A stretch of 64,000 nucleotides of DNA from Candidatus Bathyarchaeia archaeon (GTDB lineage Archaea; Thermoproteota; Bathyarchaeia; Bathyarchaeales; Bathycorpusculaceae). Positions 38,951-49,287 of the stretch are shown piece after piece. The stretch covers positions 64,627 to 128,626 of the forward strand of contig JBEKKX010000001.1 of NCBI GenBank assembly GCA_050010515.1, given 5' to 3'. Below the pieces are notes generated by a model. That model did no database searches. It saw nothing but the letters and a program-made list of their open reading frames with translations, and was not told the origin of the DNA. Within the stretch, counting starts at the first letter, position 1. Every line of letters starts with the position of its first letter. A program made the translations under genes and the position numbers.

Positions 38951-39262
38951 TTAAAAGATTTCTTTGTCTCCGAGTTTGCGCAAAGCTTTTCCTTTAAGTT
39001 TTATTGTTTCACCCAAGAAATCGTCGTCAAGGTCTTTTTCAACGGTTTGGCGTCTGACGGTTTCGCCGCATACTCCTTTTGGCAATAACCGCCTTTTTAA
39101 GCACATAGAATATGTGCAGTTTGCGACATCGCACATTTCTTCGGTCCATTTGCACCAAATGCAGTTTTGTCGGTAGAAGGTAGAGTTTTGGCTGCACTTA
39201 AAAGAAGGGCAGGTTGGAGAACAAGCTTTTGGTTGAGCCAATAGATACACCTCAATTGTCAA
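38951..39262 (-). CDS. Cys-rich hypothetical protein
   Basis: 103 aa with 9 Cys (CSPTCPSFKC, CKWTEEMC, CTYSMC, GVC). Confidence 0.7.
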   Translation of the reverse strand: MTIEVYLLAQPKACSPTCPSFKCSQNSTFYRQNCIWCKWTEEMCDVANCTYSMCLKRRLLPKGVCGETVRRQTVEKDLDDDFLGETIKLKGKALRKLGDKEIF

Positions 39263-39374
39263 GTCAAAATATGTTGTGATGTTTTGTCTTTACAGTTTCT
39301 TAATGTTATTTGGAAGCCATATAAACTTTTTTCTTATCAGGGATGAAATTGATATTTAGCTTTCACGGGATTGT

Positions 39375-41498
39375 TTAACTTTTTTTTCGCCTGTAAATTT
39401 CCACGGTAGCGAACAGAACTATAGCTACTAATATTATGATTATGGTTATCAGTGAACTTACTGGTATCAAGAAGCCCCCGAGAACAATATACCGATCAAG
39501 TTGTATCCGAACTGAAGTTGGCTTATCAACGGTTAGAGTTACAGCTTGATAACTATTCTGTGCTCCTTGAGCAAACGCTACTATCTGCATGTCACCACCA
39601 ATAACATTATTGAAAGTTGCAGTTCCGTCGCCTTGAGTCATAGCTGAGAGTTGCTCTGTCGCTGGCCCATTTAATGTGACGTTAGCGTTTGAAATAGGCG
39701 TACCGAAGAAGTCAACGACTGATACTGATACTTGAATGCCGTAGAGTGAGCAAATTATTTGTTGTTGACTTGCGCCGAAGACTTCGATGTTTGTTTCGTT
39801 GATTAGGATGTTGTCTTTATAAATTTGTAACCTGTACATTCCAAAAGTAACTTGGCTGGTAGCTGAGCCTGAGCTATCGGTTGTGGCAGTATAGAATAAG
39901 CCATTTGTTAATTCAACGAGGTTTATGCTGGCACTAGGGATTGCAGCTTTATTATAACCAACTACATTGATTGTTAATGCTTCGTTTGGACATATTATCA
40001 CTACTTCTGTGAGTGCCTGTGCTGGAAGATTGTTGATAGTGTTATTACCAGAGTTGAAAACTTGATTGTATAATGAAGCGTTTATACTATAGCTTATTCC
40101 AGTCAGGGTCGAGTTTAATATGTAGGTTCCTGAAGGGTCTGTTTGAGCTGAAACGTTTCCTGTTTGAGAAGACCCACCGTTTGTGGGTTGATACTGGTAT
40201 GTAATGGTTAAATTCACAAACGGCAGTGTAATTCCATTTTCGTTTTGAACTGTTATTTTAAGGTCAGTTAATTGGCATGACAGGGTGAAAGCGCCATTGC
40301 CTGTAACAGTTATGTTGGTTTCTCCAACGTTAACGCCGTTCCAAAACGCAGTTAAAGAACAAAGGCCTGTTTCAAGCTTCAAGTTGACTATTCCATTTGA
40401 TCCGCTTGTACCGTTATAAACTGCGCCGCTTGCTTGATCTAAGGCTTTAACCAGTATTTGAGGAACAATTTCACTGGCCAGGTTTACTGTTTCAACTTGA
40501 ATAGAGTATCCAGGAATCGAAAAGGTCTCTACGTCTTTTATCGCTTTCTGAATGCCTGTAGGAGTTATTGTTACATTATAATTTCCAATTACAGCATTTT
40601 GGGGAACCACCCATGTTGCATTGATTATACCACCAGCCGAAGCTGTTAGTGATTGAGAGTCGAGAGTTGCACCGGTTGCATCTCTGATGATGCTCAGTGC
40701 CGCAGCCTGCCCCGGTTGGTAACCTGTCGCTCCTATTGTTACTGTTTGGCCTCTGTGATATGTGGTTGAATCAAGGAAGCCAACGGAAAATTGGCTTTGC
40801 GCCAAAGAGGCAGACTGGTTAAAGTAAACAGTGTATGTACCTACATAATTGGTGGTATTACCACTCGGTTGGAAACTACTGCCTGGATAAGTGACTTGCC
40901 CAGTTGCAGTTCCATCTTGGTTGGAGGTCCCCATTGACACTATAGTTGAATATTCTGTTTTAAGTGGGCTTGGAAGTACAACGGAAACATTCGCAGCGTA
41001 GGCGGCGTTTGGAACCCCTCCGGTGACACTGGCAGTCAATGCTACACTGCTTCCTTCCTGTGCTTGTGAAGGGACAGCACTTATGGAGTAGTCAGTCAGA
41101 ACTAGGAATGATTCAGGCGTAGTGCCAGTGGAATTTAAGTTAATTGCGACGTCTCTAAGCGTTAAATCATAACTACCGCTTGGAAACGCAGGCACAGTAA
41201 AGTTCGCATTAACGTAATACCCCTCAGGGTAGGTATTGCCACTGGCAACAACAGTTTTTCCAAATATTATTTGGTAGGAACTGTTTGCAGTGTAAATGGT
41301 TCCTTTCAGATTAAAAGCTTGACCTACAGTCCCATTATATTGGCTTTGTCCGTTACTTACAGTAGAGCTTGCCAGAGTTACCTGTAAAATTTCTACACCA
41401 AGGCTTTGGCTTTGCCCAAAGACTATAGCGATAGGTGTAAGCGCAACGGCTAAGGACATTAAGACTAAGAGGGTGACTGCACCAATTTTTTTATTCAA
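39375..41498 (-). CDS. Cell-surface glycoprotein with repeated beta-sandwich (carboxypeptidase-regulatory-like) domains
   Basis: Signal peptide, T/S/N-rich, many N-x-S/T sequons, repeated T..(D/N)G motifs, C-terminal TM plus RRKK. Confidence 0.85.
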   Translation of the reverse strand: MNKKIGAVTLLVLMSLAVALTPIAIVFGQSQSLGVEILQVTLASSTVSNGQSQYNGTVGQAFNLKGTIYTANSSYQIIFGKTVVASGNTYPEGYYVNANFTVPAFPSGSYDLTLRDVAINLNSTGTTPESFLVLTDYSISAVPSQAQEGSSVALTASVTGGVPNAAYAANVSVVLPSPLKTEYSTIVSMGTSNQDGTATGQVTYPGSSFQPSGNTTNYVGTYTVYFNQSASLAQSQFSVGFLDSTTYHRGQTVTIGATGYQPGQAAALSIIRDATGATLDSQSLTASAGGIINATWVVPQNAVIGNYNVTITPTGIQKAIKDVETFSIPGYSIQVETVNLASEIVPQILVKALDQASGAVYNGTSGSNGIVNLKLETGLCSLTAFWNGVNVGETNITVTGNGAFTLSCQLTDLKITVQNENGITLPFVNLTITYQYQPTNGGSSQTGNVSAQTDPSGTYILNSTLTGISYSINASLYNQVFNSGNNTINNLPAQALTEVVIICPNEALTINVVGYNKAAIPSASINLVELTNGLFYTATTDSSGSATSQVTFGMYRLQIYKDNILINETNIEVFGASQQQIICSLYGIQVSVSVVDFFGTPISNANVTLNGPATEQLSAMTQGDGTATFNNVIGGDMQIVAFAQGAQNSYQAVTLTVDKPTSVRIQLDRYIVLGGFLIPVSSLITIIIILVAIVLFATVEIYRRKKS

Positions 41499-41712
41499 AC
41501 CACTCTGCTCTCCGATAGATAGCCATCCAACGTTTAATAACTGATGATTTAACTAAAAGATGATTTTAAACTTTGCCATTAGATCGTTGGATAGAAAGCC
41601 TGAACAAGCTAAAACAACTTGAAGAAATCTGATTTCAACCCAAAAATTAGTTTTATACAACGGATTTTTAAGAGACAGAAGATTCAAAGTATGAATAGAT
41701 TTCGGTGAAAAC

Positions 41713-42675
41713 TTGGAAAAAAGCACTGCCGCCATGCTTTTAGGCGCTTTAAAGAAGCAAAAATACCATTTGGTAGGCAGTCATTCAGCGGTTAAAAGAT
41801 GTAAATGGCTTTATGAATCTATAGTTAATGATAGACAGTGTTATAAACAGAAGTTTTATGGCATAAAATCGCATAGATGCATTCAGATGTCACCTTCCCT
41901 TTACTATTGCACTCAACAATGCTTGTTTTGTTGGAGAGCCCAAAGCGGGGACTTGCAGGTTACTTGGGACGAGATGAAAATTCCAAGAGTGGACTCACCA
42001 GAAGAAATTATTCAGGGAAGCCTTAGGGCGCAAGAAAAAATTTTAACTGGATACAAGGGAAACCCAAAAACAAACTGGCGCAAATTTCAAGAAGCCTTAA
42101 CGCCTAAGCATGTTGCGATAAGTTTAACCGGTGAACCGACGCTTTACGAGCCGCTTGGAGAGTTGATTCAGGCATTTCATCAAAAAGGTTTCACCACTTT
42201 TCTTGTTTCAAATGGCACTTTGCCAACTAAACTTTCAAATCTAAGTCAAGAACCGACCCAACTCTACATTTCAGTATGTGCACCAAACGAGCAGGTATAC
42301 AAGCAAGTTTGCCGTCCTCAATTTCCCAGCGCTTGGACGAAATTAAACGAGACGCTTGGTTTATTGCAGAGTTTCCATTGTCCCACAGTAATTCGCATGA
42401 CGCTTGTAAAAGAGCACAACATGAGCCATGTGGATGAATACGCTAAAATTGTTGAGAAAGCCAATCCCACATACATTGAAGCAAAAGCGTATATGCATAT
42501 TGGTTTTTCAACTCTCCGCTTGGGCTTTGAGAGCATGCCTCTGCATAGCGAAGTTAAGGATTTTGCTGGGCAGTTAGCTGAGAAAACTGGGTACAAGGTT
42601 ATTAATGAAGCACCAGAAAGCAGAGTCGTACTATTAAGCAGGCTACAGAAGCCTATTCAGGTTACAACCAACTAG
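41713..42675 (+). CDS. tyw1: 4-demethylwyosine synthase (radical SAM)
   Basis: HSAVKRCKW, CYKQKFYGI.SHRC, CTQQCLFCWR, SLTGEP. Confidence 0.95.
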   Translation: MEKSTAAMLLGALKKQKYHLVGSHSAVKRCKWLYESIVNDRQCYKQKFYGIKSHRCIQMSPSLYYCTQQCLFCWRAQSGDLQVTWDEMKIPRVDSPEEIIQGSLRAQEKILTGYKGNPKTNWRKFQEALTPKHVAISLTGEPTLYEPLGELIQAFHQKGFTTFLVSNGTLPTKLSNLSQEPTQLYISVCAPNEQVYKQVCRPQFPSAWTKLNETLGLLQSFHCPTVIRMTLVKEHNMSHVDEYAKIVEKANPTYIEAKAYMHIGFSTLRLGFESMPLHSEVKDFAGQLAEKTGYKVINEAPESRVVLLSRLQKPIQVTTN

Positions 42676-43027
42676 CCGCATTTGGTGTTAGATGTGTGTT
42701 TTTAGCTGGTGCTTTTAGTCCAAGTAATTGTGTTATGCTTTTAGCATTCTTATTTCAATAGTAAATAGTACCCTCCCTCCCACTCCTGGAAGAGCTCGTT
42801 TTGGATTGCTTTTTTGGTTTAGGCCTTGAATTAGCGTTAGGCTGCAGTATTTCTGGTAAATTTTGTTATATAAAGGGTAAAAGGCATTAAAGAGTGCTTG
42901 ATTGTGAGCCTGCAATCTTCAAAACCAAATTGCAAACAGGAAACCGAATTTGTTCTAAATACACATTGCTGGATAAATTTAAATACTTATTTTTTGCCAT
43001 ATGCTTAACTGCCAAGCGGTTGTTACT

Positions 43028-43213
43028 ATGGTAAGTGAAGGAAGAGGACGTTTGTTTAGAAGAAAAGATGGCAAATACCTTATCTATCTTCCTAAAGACC
43101 TAGCGGAAGACAGCATGTTTCCATTTAAAGTAACAGACTCAATATTCGTCAAAGTAAGCTTCGCCCCAGGAGACAGTAAAGTCCTAATTGAGAAATGGAC
43201 TGGCTCTCAATAG
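43028..43213 (+). CDS. Small AbrB-like (swapped hairpin) hypothetical protein
   Basis: GRGRLFRRKDGKYLIYLPK..AEDSMFPF; ATG 43028 preferred. Confidence 0.6.
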   Translation: MVSEGRGRLFRRKDGKYLIYLPKDLAEDSMFPFKVTDSIFVKVSFAPGDSKVLIEKWTGSQ

Positions 43214-43275
43214 CCATATAATTTTTAAATTTTTAGGAAATTGAAATAAATAACCTAGCAATTCATTCTAATTAG

Positions 43276-43950
43276 ATGATAAGTTTGTCCTCTTTAGAGA
43301 CTATTCTTCAAGAAGTAAAAAACGAGCTCATGCAAAAAAATAAAATTCGCGAAGAAACACACGAAAGCATGCGGAAAGCAACAAGCCTATCTAAACAATC
43401 TATACTTTTGATTCACCAGAAAAAATATGCTGAGGCTGAAGAATTCATTGAGAACGCTAAAGAAAAAATTTCAAGCCTTCAGGTTTTATCTAAGGAGTAT
43501 CCTGAGATTATTTACGGTGGCATGTTTAGTGCAGCGCTTCAGGAATATTCAGAAGCACGCGTATTTTTGATTCTAGTTAAGGAATCGCGCTTTGCAACGC
43601 CGGCTGAGATTAATGTGCCTTCAGTTGATTACGTGCTTGGCTTAGCAGATGTTATAGGTGAATACAGGCGTTTAGCACTTGACAATTTACGCGAAGGCGA
43701 GGTTAAAAAAGGAGAAGAATGCCTAGAAATCATGGATCAAATGTTCATTCAGTTATTGGCTCTTGATGAGGCTTACATACTTGTTCCAGGACTCAGGCAT
43801 AAATCTGACATTGCAAGAAGAATAATCGAAGCCACACGAGGCGACGTGACATTGGAAATTCGCAGAAAATCCCTTGAAGATTGCTTAAAGAAAATTCAGC
43901 CCGTAAAACGCAGCACTACTAAACGTAAAACCAAAAAGGTTAACATTTGA
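43276..43950 (+). CDS. Translin/TRAX family protein
   Basis: ALQEYSEA, DYVLGLADVIGEYRR, LRHKSDIAR. Confidence 0.9.
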   Translation: MISLSSLETILQEVKNELMQKNKIREETHESMRKATSLSKQSILLIHQKKYAEAEEFIENAKEKISSLQVLSKEYPEIIYGGMFSAALQEYSEARVFLILVKESRFATPAEINVPSVDYVLGLADVIGEYRRLALDNLREGEVKKGEECLEIMDQMFIQLLALDEAYILVPGLRHKSDIARRIIEATRGDVTLEIRRKSLEDCLKKIQPVKRSTTKRKTKKVNI

Positions 43951-44636
43951 ATAAACCCCACAAGTTAATGAAGAATTTTTCAGTAGAAAAAGCGCACAAG
44001 ACACAACTTTGTTTATCACAGAAAATTATTTTGAAAGATAAGTTACCGCCAAAAATTAGAATCATTGCAGGCGTCGATGTTTCATACATTGGCAATATTG
44101 GCGTCGGCGCGATAGCGGTTTTAGATTATGAATCGCTGAAACTTTTAGAAACCCAAGTTGCAGCCTGCCAAGTTAGGATGCCATATATTCCAACTTTGCT
44201 GTCTTTTAGGGAAATTCCTCCCACGGTGGCAGCAATAAATAAGTTGAAGCTTCAGCCCGATGTTTTTCTTGTTGACGCACAAGGAATCGCGCATCCGTAC
44301 AGGTGCGGATTTGCCAGCCACCTTGGACTTGCAATTGGAAAACCGACTGTTGGCGCTGCAAAAAGCAGGTTGATAGGTACGCCATTGGAGAAGGATGGAG
44401 AAACCTTTTTGGTTGATAAGGGCGAAATCATCGGTGCCGTCGTGACTACAAAGCAAGGTGCCAAGCCCATTTACGTGAGCATCGGGCACATGGTGTCTCT
44501 TGAAACAGCCGTCAAAATGGTTAAGCACTGTGCTAGAAGTCGAATTCCTGAGCCGCTGTTGCAAGCTCACAAGTTAGCGACTAAAGAAAGAATCAGGCTT
44601 GCGAAGGAAAGCAAAGTAAATATCACTGAAAATTAA
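43947..44636 (+). CDS. nfi: Endonuclease V
   Basis: AGVDVSY, PYIPTLLSFRE, VDAQGIAHP, GFASH, GAAKS, PEPL..AH. Confidence 0.95.
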   Translation: MNKPHKLMKNFSVEKAHKTQLCLSQKIILKDKLPPKIRIIAGVDVSYIGNIGVGAIAVLDYESLKLLETQVAACQVRMPYIPTLLSFREIPPTVAAINKLKLQPDVFLVDAQGIAHPYRCGFASHLGLAIGKPTVGAAKSRLIGTPLEKDGETFLVDKGEIIGAVVTTKQGAKPIYVSIGHMVSLETAVKMVKHCARSRIPEPLLQAHKLATKERIRLAKESKVNITEN

Positions 44637-44650
44637 ACTATCACTAGAGC

Positions 44651-44992
44651 GTGAATTATTTGGGTGAAGAAATATCATTCGCTGAATTCCAAAAACTTGA
44701 CTTGCGCATAGGAAAAATAATCGAAGCAAACCAAATTCCAAACTCAAAAAAGCTAATTAGAATAATTGTTGACTTTGGGTCGGAGAAAAGGCAGGCGGTT
44801 GCGGGTCTGCTTAAGTATTATAAGCCTGAGGAGTTGGTTGGCAAAAAATGCGTTTTCCTGTTGAATCTTCAAAGGCGCGTGTTGGCGGGTGTGGAATCGC
44901 AGTGCATGATTTTAGCAGCTGAAGATAATGAAGGAAACGTTATTGTGCTTCAGCCCGAAAAGGATATTGCTGAAGGAACCAAAATCGGCTAA
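44651..44992 (+). CDS. Stand-alone tRNA-binding OB protein (Trbp111/CsaA/MetRS C-terminal)
   Basis: FQKLDLRIGKI, NL..R.LAGVESQCMILAA. Confidence 0.9.
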   Translation: MNYLGEEISFAEFQKLDLRIGKIIEANQIPNSKKLIRIIVDFGSEKRQAVAGLLKYYKPEELVGKKCVFLLNLQRRVLAGVESQCMILAAEDNEGNVIVLQPEKDIAEGTKIG

Positions 44993-45106
44993 GCGACGAC
45001 CCCAACTTAGAGACATTTTTTAGCCAGATTTCACTCCTAGTCGGCACGGAAAAGTAAATTAAGAAAGCAATCACGTTATTTTATGATTTGTTATTGAGGG
45101 TTACTA

Positions 45107-46105
45107 ATGGCAGTTAATGAAGAAGCACTTATGTGGGTCGAAAAGTACCGCCCTAAAAACCTAAACGAGGTTGTAGACTTACACGACATCGTTGAAAGCC
45201 TCAAAGCTTTCATGAGAAAACCAAAAACGATGCCTCACCTGTTATTGGCAGGGATACCGGGCACTGGAAAAACAACCGTTGCATTATGCATTGCTCATGA
45301 ATTGTTTGGTCCAAACTGGAAAAGCTTCACGTTAGAGCTTAATGCGTCTGATGAAAGAGGCATCGATACCGTGCGTGAAAGAATTAAGGATTTCTCACGT
45401 TACAGCCGTTCAGGTTTTGGCAATGTGCCGTTTGCGCTGATTATTCTGGATGAATGTGATCAGATGACTGGACCTGCTCAGACGGCGCTGAGAAGAATAA
45501 TGGAAACCAGTTCCCGCACATGTAGATTCATCCTTATATGTAACCAATCAAGCAAGATAATTGAACCAATACAAAGCCGCTGCGCAATATTCCGATTTTC
45601 AAGGCTAGATAAGCAGGCGATGAAAGAGCAGCTACAATGCATAGCCAAAAAAGAAAACGTTAACCTGTTGCCTGAAGCAGCTGAAAGAATAGTGGATTAC
45701 TCAGAAGGCGACCTCAGACACGCCATAAACGCGTTACAGACAGCTTCAGCGTACAAAGAAGGGGTGGTAGACGAGAAGACAGTCTTGCTGGTCATCGGGG
45801 AAGCCAGCCCAATGCAAGTTCAAAAAATGATTAGGAAAGCATTATTCGGTGATTTTATTGAAGCAAGGAAAACAATGTATGAAATAATGGGGTCCTACGG
45901 TTTTTCAGGCTCCGAAATAATACGCCAAGTACAGCGCGAGATATTCAAAATGTCTGATCTTACACCTGAACAAAAAGCCGATCTATCAAACGTTATCGGC
46001 GAGTATGATTACCGGTTAACACAAGGCGCCAACAGTGATATCCAGTTAAGCGCGTTGCTAGCGCAATTCGCAAAATTTGGTAAAGTCATAGGGGAAGCTT
46101 ATTGA
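45107..46105 (+). CDS. rfcS: Replication factor C small subunit
   Basis: WVEKYRP, GIPGTGKT, ELNASDERG, LDECD, IQSRC. Confidence 0.96.
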   Translation: MAVNEEALMWVEKYRPKNLNEVVDLHDIVESLKAFMRKPKTMPHLLLAGIPGTGKTTVALCIAHELFGPNWKSFTLELNASDERGIDTVRERIKDFSRYSRSGFGNVPFALIILDECDQMTGPAQTALRRIMETSSRTCRFILICNQSSKIIEPIQSRCAIFRFSRLDKQAMKEQLQCIAKKENVNLLPEAAERIVDYSEGDLRHAINALQTASAYKEGVVDEKTVLLVIGEASPMQVQKMIRKALFGDFIEARKTMYEIMGSYGFSGSEIIRQVQREIFKMSDLTPEQKADLSNVIGEYDYRLTQGANSDIQLSALLAQFAKFGKVIGEAY

Positions 46106-47331
46106 GAAAGGATCTTTTATGGGTTGAAAAGTACCGCCCAAAAAAGATAGAAGACATAATTGGCAATGAAGAAGCGAAAGCCACTTTTATTGAATGGCTG
46201 AAAAGTAAGCGAAGAAGCAAAAAGGCAGTTTTACTTTATGGACCGCCTGGCATCGGAAAAACAGCATTAGTCAACGCCGCCGCAAAAGAGTTTGGGTTTA
46301 TCACTATTGAAATGAACGCAAGCGACACAAGATCCGAAAAAGCGATTAATGCAATTGCTAAACCAGCCACTTCCTTTGTTGCTTTAGACACTTTCTCAGC
46401 TGAAAGCAAAGGCAACCTTCTCTTTCTCGACGAGGTTGACGGCATTGCAGGCAACGAGGACAGAGGCGGAGTAAGCGCCATAATAAAAATCGTTGAAGAA
46501 TCTCAAGTGCCTGTTATAATGGCGGCAAACGACCCTGACATAGACAAGCTAAGACCGCTAAAGAAAGTTTGCTTACTGATACGTTTCCAGCAAATCCGGA
46601 TACCGCTTATCATTGCATTATTGCAGAAGATTTGTTTGCTTGAGCATGTTAAAGCGGAGTTTGAAGCGCTTGAAAGAATTGCGCAAAACAGCAAAGGCGA
46701 TGTACGGTCAGCCATAAACGACCTGCAAAGCATAAGCGAAGAAAACCAAGTCCTCACACTTCAAGACACCATGATGCTTAGTTCAAGAAATAAAGACATA
46801 GGCATGGACGAAACTTTAAGAGGATTTTTCTCAGCAAAATCAATTGCTGAAGCGTCAAGTTTACTTAGCCGCTCAAGCGTTGACTATGATGATTTTCTGC
46901 TTTCAGTAAGCGACAATCTGCCCAGACGATACACTGACCCAGCAGAGCTTGCTGCCGCCTACGATTTTGTTTCTCAAGCTGATGTTTTCCGAGGAAGGAT
47001 TGGAACTGAGCACTGGCATCTTTTAAAGTACTTCTACAACGCGCTATCTGAAGCAGCCGCAGTTGCGCCTAAATCATACAAGCCCTTTGAATTTATTTCG
47101 CCGCCCATCAGGATTATTACTTTGTTCTGGACCAAAGGCAAAAGAACAATGCTAGACGGCATCTGCGGAAAAATTGGAGCACAATGCCATGTTTCCCATG
47201 AAACAGCTAAACATGATTTTGTCCCATTCATCAAAAACATACTGCAAAACCAAAAATCAAGCCCGCTGGCTTCTTGGCTCAAGCTCACACCTGAAGAGGT
47301 GGATTTCCTAACGAAAATGAACAGGTATTAG
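46102..47331 (+). CDS. rfcL: Replication factor C large subunit
   Basis: WVEKYRP, GPPGIGKT, EMNASD, LDEVDG, GDVRSAINDL. Confidence 0.95.
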   Translation: MRKDLLWVEKYRPKKIEDIIGNEEAKATFIEWLKSKRRSKKAVLLYGPPGIGKTALVNAAAKEFGFITIEMNASDTRSEKAINAIAKPATSFVALDTFSAESKGNLLFLDEVDGIAGNEDRGGVSAIIKIVEESQVPVIMAANDPDIDKLRPLKKVCLLIRFQQIRIPLIIALLQKICLLEHVKAEFEALERIAQNSKGDVRSAINDLQSISEENQVLTLQDTMMLSSRNKDIGMDETLRGFFSAKSIAEASSLLSRSSVDYDDFLLSVSDNLPRRYTDPAELAAAYDFVSQADVFRGRIGTEHWHLLKYFYNALSEAAAVAPKSYKPFEFISPPIRIITLFWTKGKRTMLDGICGKIGAQCHVSHETAKHDFVPFIKNILQNQKSSPLASWLKLTPEEVDFLTKMNRY

Positions 47332-47345
47332 GGAGAAAGCGGAAA

Positions 47346-47684
47346 ATGGTGGCAGTTTTAAATAAGAAAGCGTTCAAACTTCCGAGGGTTGAGAAAGAAA
47401 AGTTTATTCTCTTAATACGTTTGGGCTTGGAGTATAATCGTGAGCAAGGCGTTTTTTCCATTAAAAGTTGCAATAATATTGAAAAGCTTATGGATACAAT
47501 CGCCGGCATTTTAAACAGTGAAATTGTTTTTCTCCAAAGCTGTGCGCGCTGTGGCAAAGACTTTCCGTGTTCAGACTGCAAATACAATGATTTATGCACC
47601 ACCAAAGATCTTCCGTTCAGCTGCGTTTGCCCCCAGTGTTTGAGGGATAGAAAGCAGTTCGAAGAATATCTCGAAAAATTCTAG
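47346..47684 (+). CDS. Cys-rich (Zn-finger-like) hypothetical protein
   Basis: CARC...CSDC...C...CVCPQC; co-oriented just after rfcL. Confidence 0.75.
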   Translation: MVAVLNKKAFKLPRVEKEKFILLIRLGLEYNREQGVFSIKSCNNIEKLMDTIAGILNSEIVFLQSCARCGKDFPCSDCKYNDLCTTKDLPFSCVCPQCLRDRKQFEEYLEKF

Positions 47685-48169
47685 TGCTAACCCTGTTAGC
47701 TCAAGCGAGATACTATTCCAGCTAAACAGGAGAAGCGGAAGGCTGATTGAGGATCAAGCAAATGGCAAAAAGAAAATCAAAATGCTCTTGCTTTTGTGCA
47801 GTTTTCGAAGCTAAATTATGTTCGGTTATTTATGAGTAAATTGGGTTCGAATCCCTTCTCCGTATATTGCCGTCGCTTAATTGCCACCACAAAAAATCGC
47901 AGTATGTTCAATTTTCACTGTTAAGGGTTTGTTCATATGGATATTCTTGTCATGGGTCCCGCCCTTTTTCTTTCACCGTGTAAACTCAGTTGCCTGCACT
48001 CTTAGACCTCGTTATATCGCTCCTCTTAGCCAAGAAGGCTAAAGTTCCTGATAGTGTTTCTTCGGAAAAGAATAACTTCAAGTTCAGAAGAATTTCTAAT
48101 CCATAGTTGGCATTCACAACTAATTTATTTCAATAAGTTCTTAGATATGATCGATAATGAGCGACAAAA

Positions 48170-49138
48170 ATGCAAAGTAGTCGTAAGCAGGAGCACAAAA
48201 CAGTGATACAATTGGATGAAACGCCCGATGTTGCTAAAGCAACGGTTGATACTAGAGAGTCTTTCTGCAAGATGTTCGAGGAAGCTATTGACGAGGCATT
48301 TTATTCTCTAGGTGAACCTACAAGAAAAGCAATATATATCCATCTGAAAAACTCGTTTGGGATTGCGAAACGCGAAATTCCCTACAGGATCAATGATTTT
48401 TCAGATGCGCTCGAGAAAATTTTTGGACCAGCCGCCAGAAACCTGGAGATTCTCTGCATAAAAAACATTCAAGCCAAAGCTAGAATTGACTACAAGTGGG
48501 ATTTACCCGAATCGAGTGGGTCCGAATTGACGTTTGAAGAATACATACGCATCGTTAAGCAGAACTATAAACAGCAAGAAAGTAAACAGCAAGAAAGCTA
48601 TCAACGAGCGGAATCAAAGAGCAGCTCCGCCGAGAAAAAACGGGTAACTTCAATAGCTCAAGAAAAAACAGATGAAGACAAAGTTGCGCTAAAGACTGTT
48701 AACGTGATGGTCAAGACAGTAATTACGGTAGATGAAAAAGCGTCAGTCAAAGAAGCAGCTGACATAATGAACCAGTTCGAGATAGGCTCCGTAATTACTA
48801 CCAGAAAAGGGAAGCCTATAGGCATAATTACTGAGCGAGACCTTTTGAAACGCATAGTCTCCGAGGGCAGAAACGCAAAAAAGACTACAGTTAAAGAAAT
48901 TATGTCAAGTCCATTGGTCGTTGTTTCAACCAACACAGACTTAGAAGAAGCGGCACGCTTGATGTTCGAGATGAAGATAAAGAAGCTGCCAGTAACCGAA
49001 CAGAACCGCTTGGTGGGCTTGGTCAGTCTAACAGACATAGCCCGCGCTCAGCCGATGATAAAATTCCTGCAAAAACTTGCCGCAACGCAATATACGCCGA
49101 AAAGCATGCAGAAAGTCTTAAATTGCTACATTGTTTAG
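48170..49138 (+). CDS. CBS-pair protein fused to an N-terminal helical archaeal domain
   Basis: N-terminal AIDEAF.SLGE..IYIHL..FGI..F..ALEKIFG; C-terminal GIITERD and IKKLPV CBS pair. Confidence 0.85.
   Translation: MQSSRKQEHKTVIQLDETPDVAKATVDTRESFCKMFEEAIDEAFYSLGEPTRKAIYIHLKNSFGIAKREIPYRINDFSDALEKIFGPAARNLEILCIKNIQAKARIDYKWDLPESSGSELTFEEYIRIVKQNYKQQESKQQESYQRAESKSSSAEKKRVTSIAQEKTDEDKVALKTVNVMVKTVITVDEKASVKEAADIMNQFEIGSVITTRKGKPIGIITERDLLKRIVSEGRNAKKTTVKEIMSSPLVVVSTNTDLEEAARLMFEMKIKKLPVTEQNRLVGLVSLTDIARAQPMIKFLQKLAATQYTPKSMQKVLNCYIV
48568..48597. repeat. 15-bp perfect tandem repeat x2 in the domain linker
   Basis: taaacagcaagaaag x2 (KQQES KQQES). Confidence 0.9.
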
Positions 49139-49287
49139 CGCAATGCAATTATTAACGCTGGGATTTGGACCCAGCCTTTGACCCTTGAACGGTAAAGGCT
49201 AAAACGGCGGTATACAAAAGCATCAACCAAACACACAAAAAATATGCGAAGGCAAATCTTATCTAGCCATTTTATAATTAACACTTA

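Noticed and set aside
39375-41498. Surface protein as substrate of the archaeosortase
   Set aside because: The C-terminus has a TM and basic tail but no PGF/PEF/PEP-like motif
42733-42915. Short ORFs in intergenic gaps (42733-42915, 56115-56309, 41553-41735, 7320-7622)
   Set aside because: No recognisable motif or RBS; likely non-coding or decayed DNA
47843-49175. tRNA T-arm-like strings GGGTTCGAATCCC (47843-47855) and GCTGGGATTTGGACCCAGC (49157-49175) flanking the CBS gene
   Set aside because: No cloverleaf, they do not match each other as direct repeats, and the second may simply be a terminator hairpin
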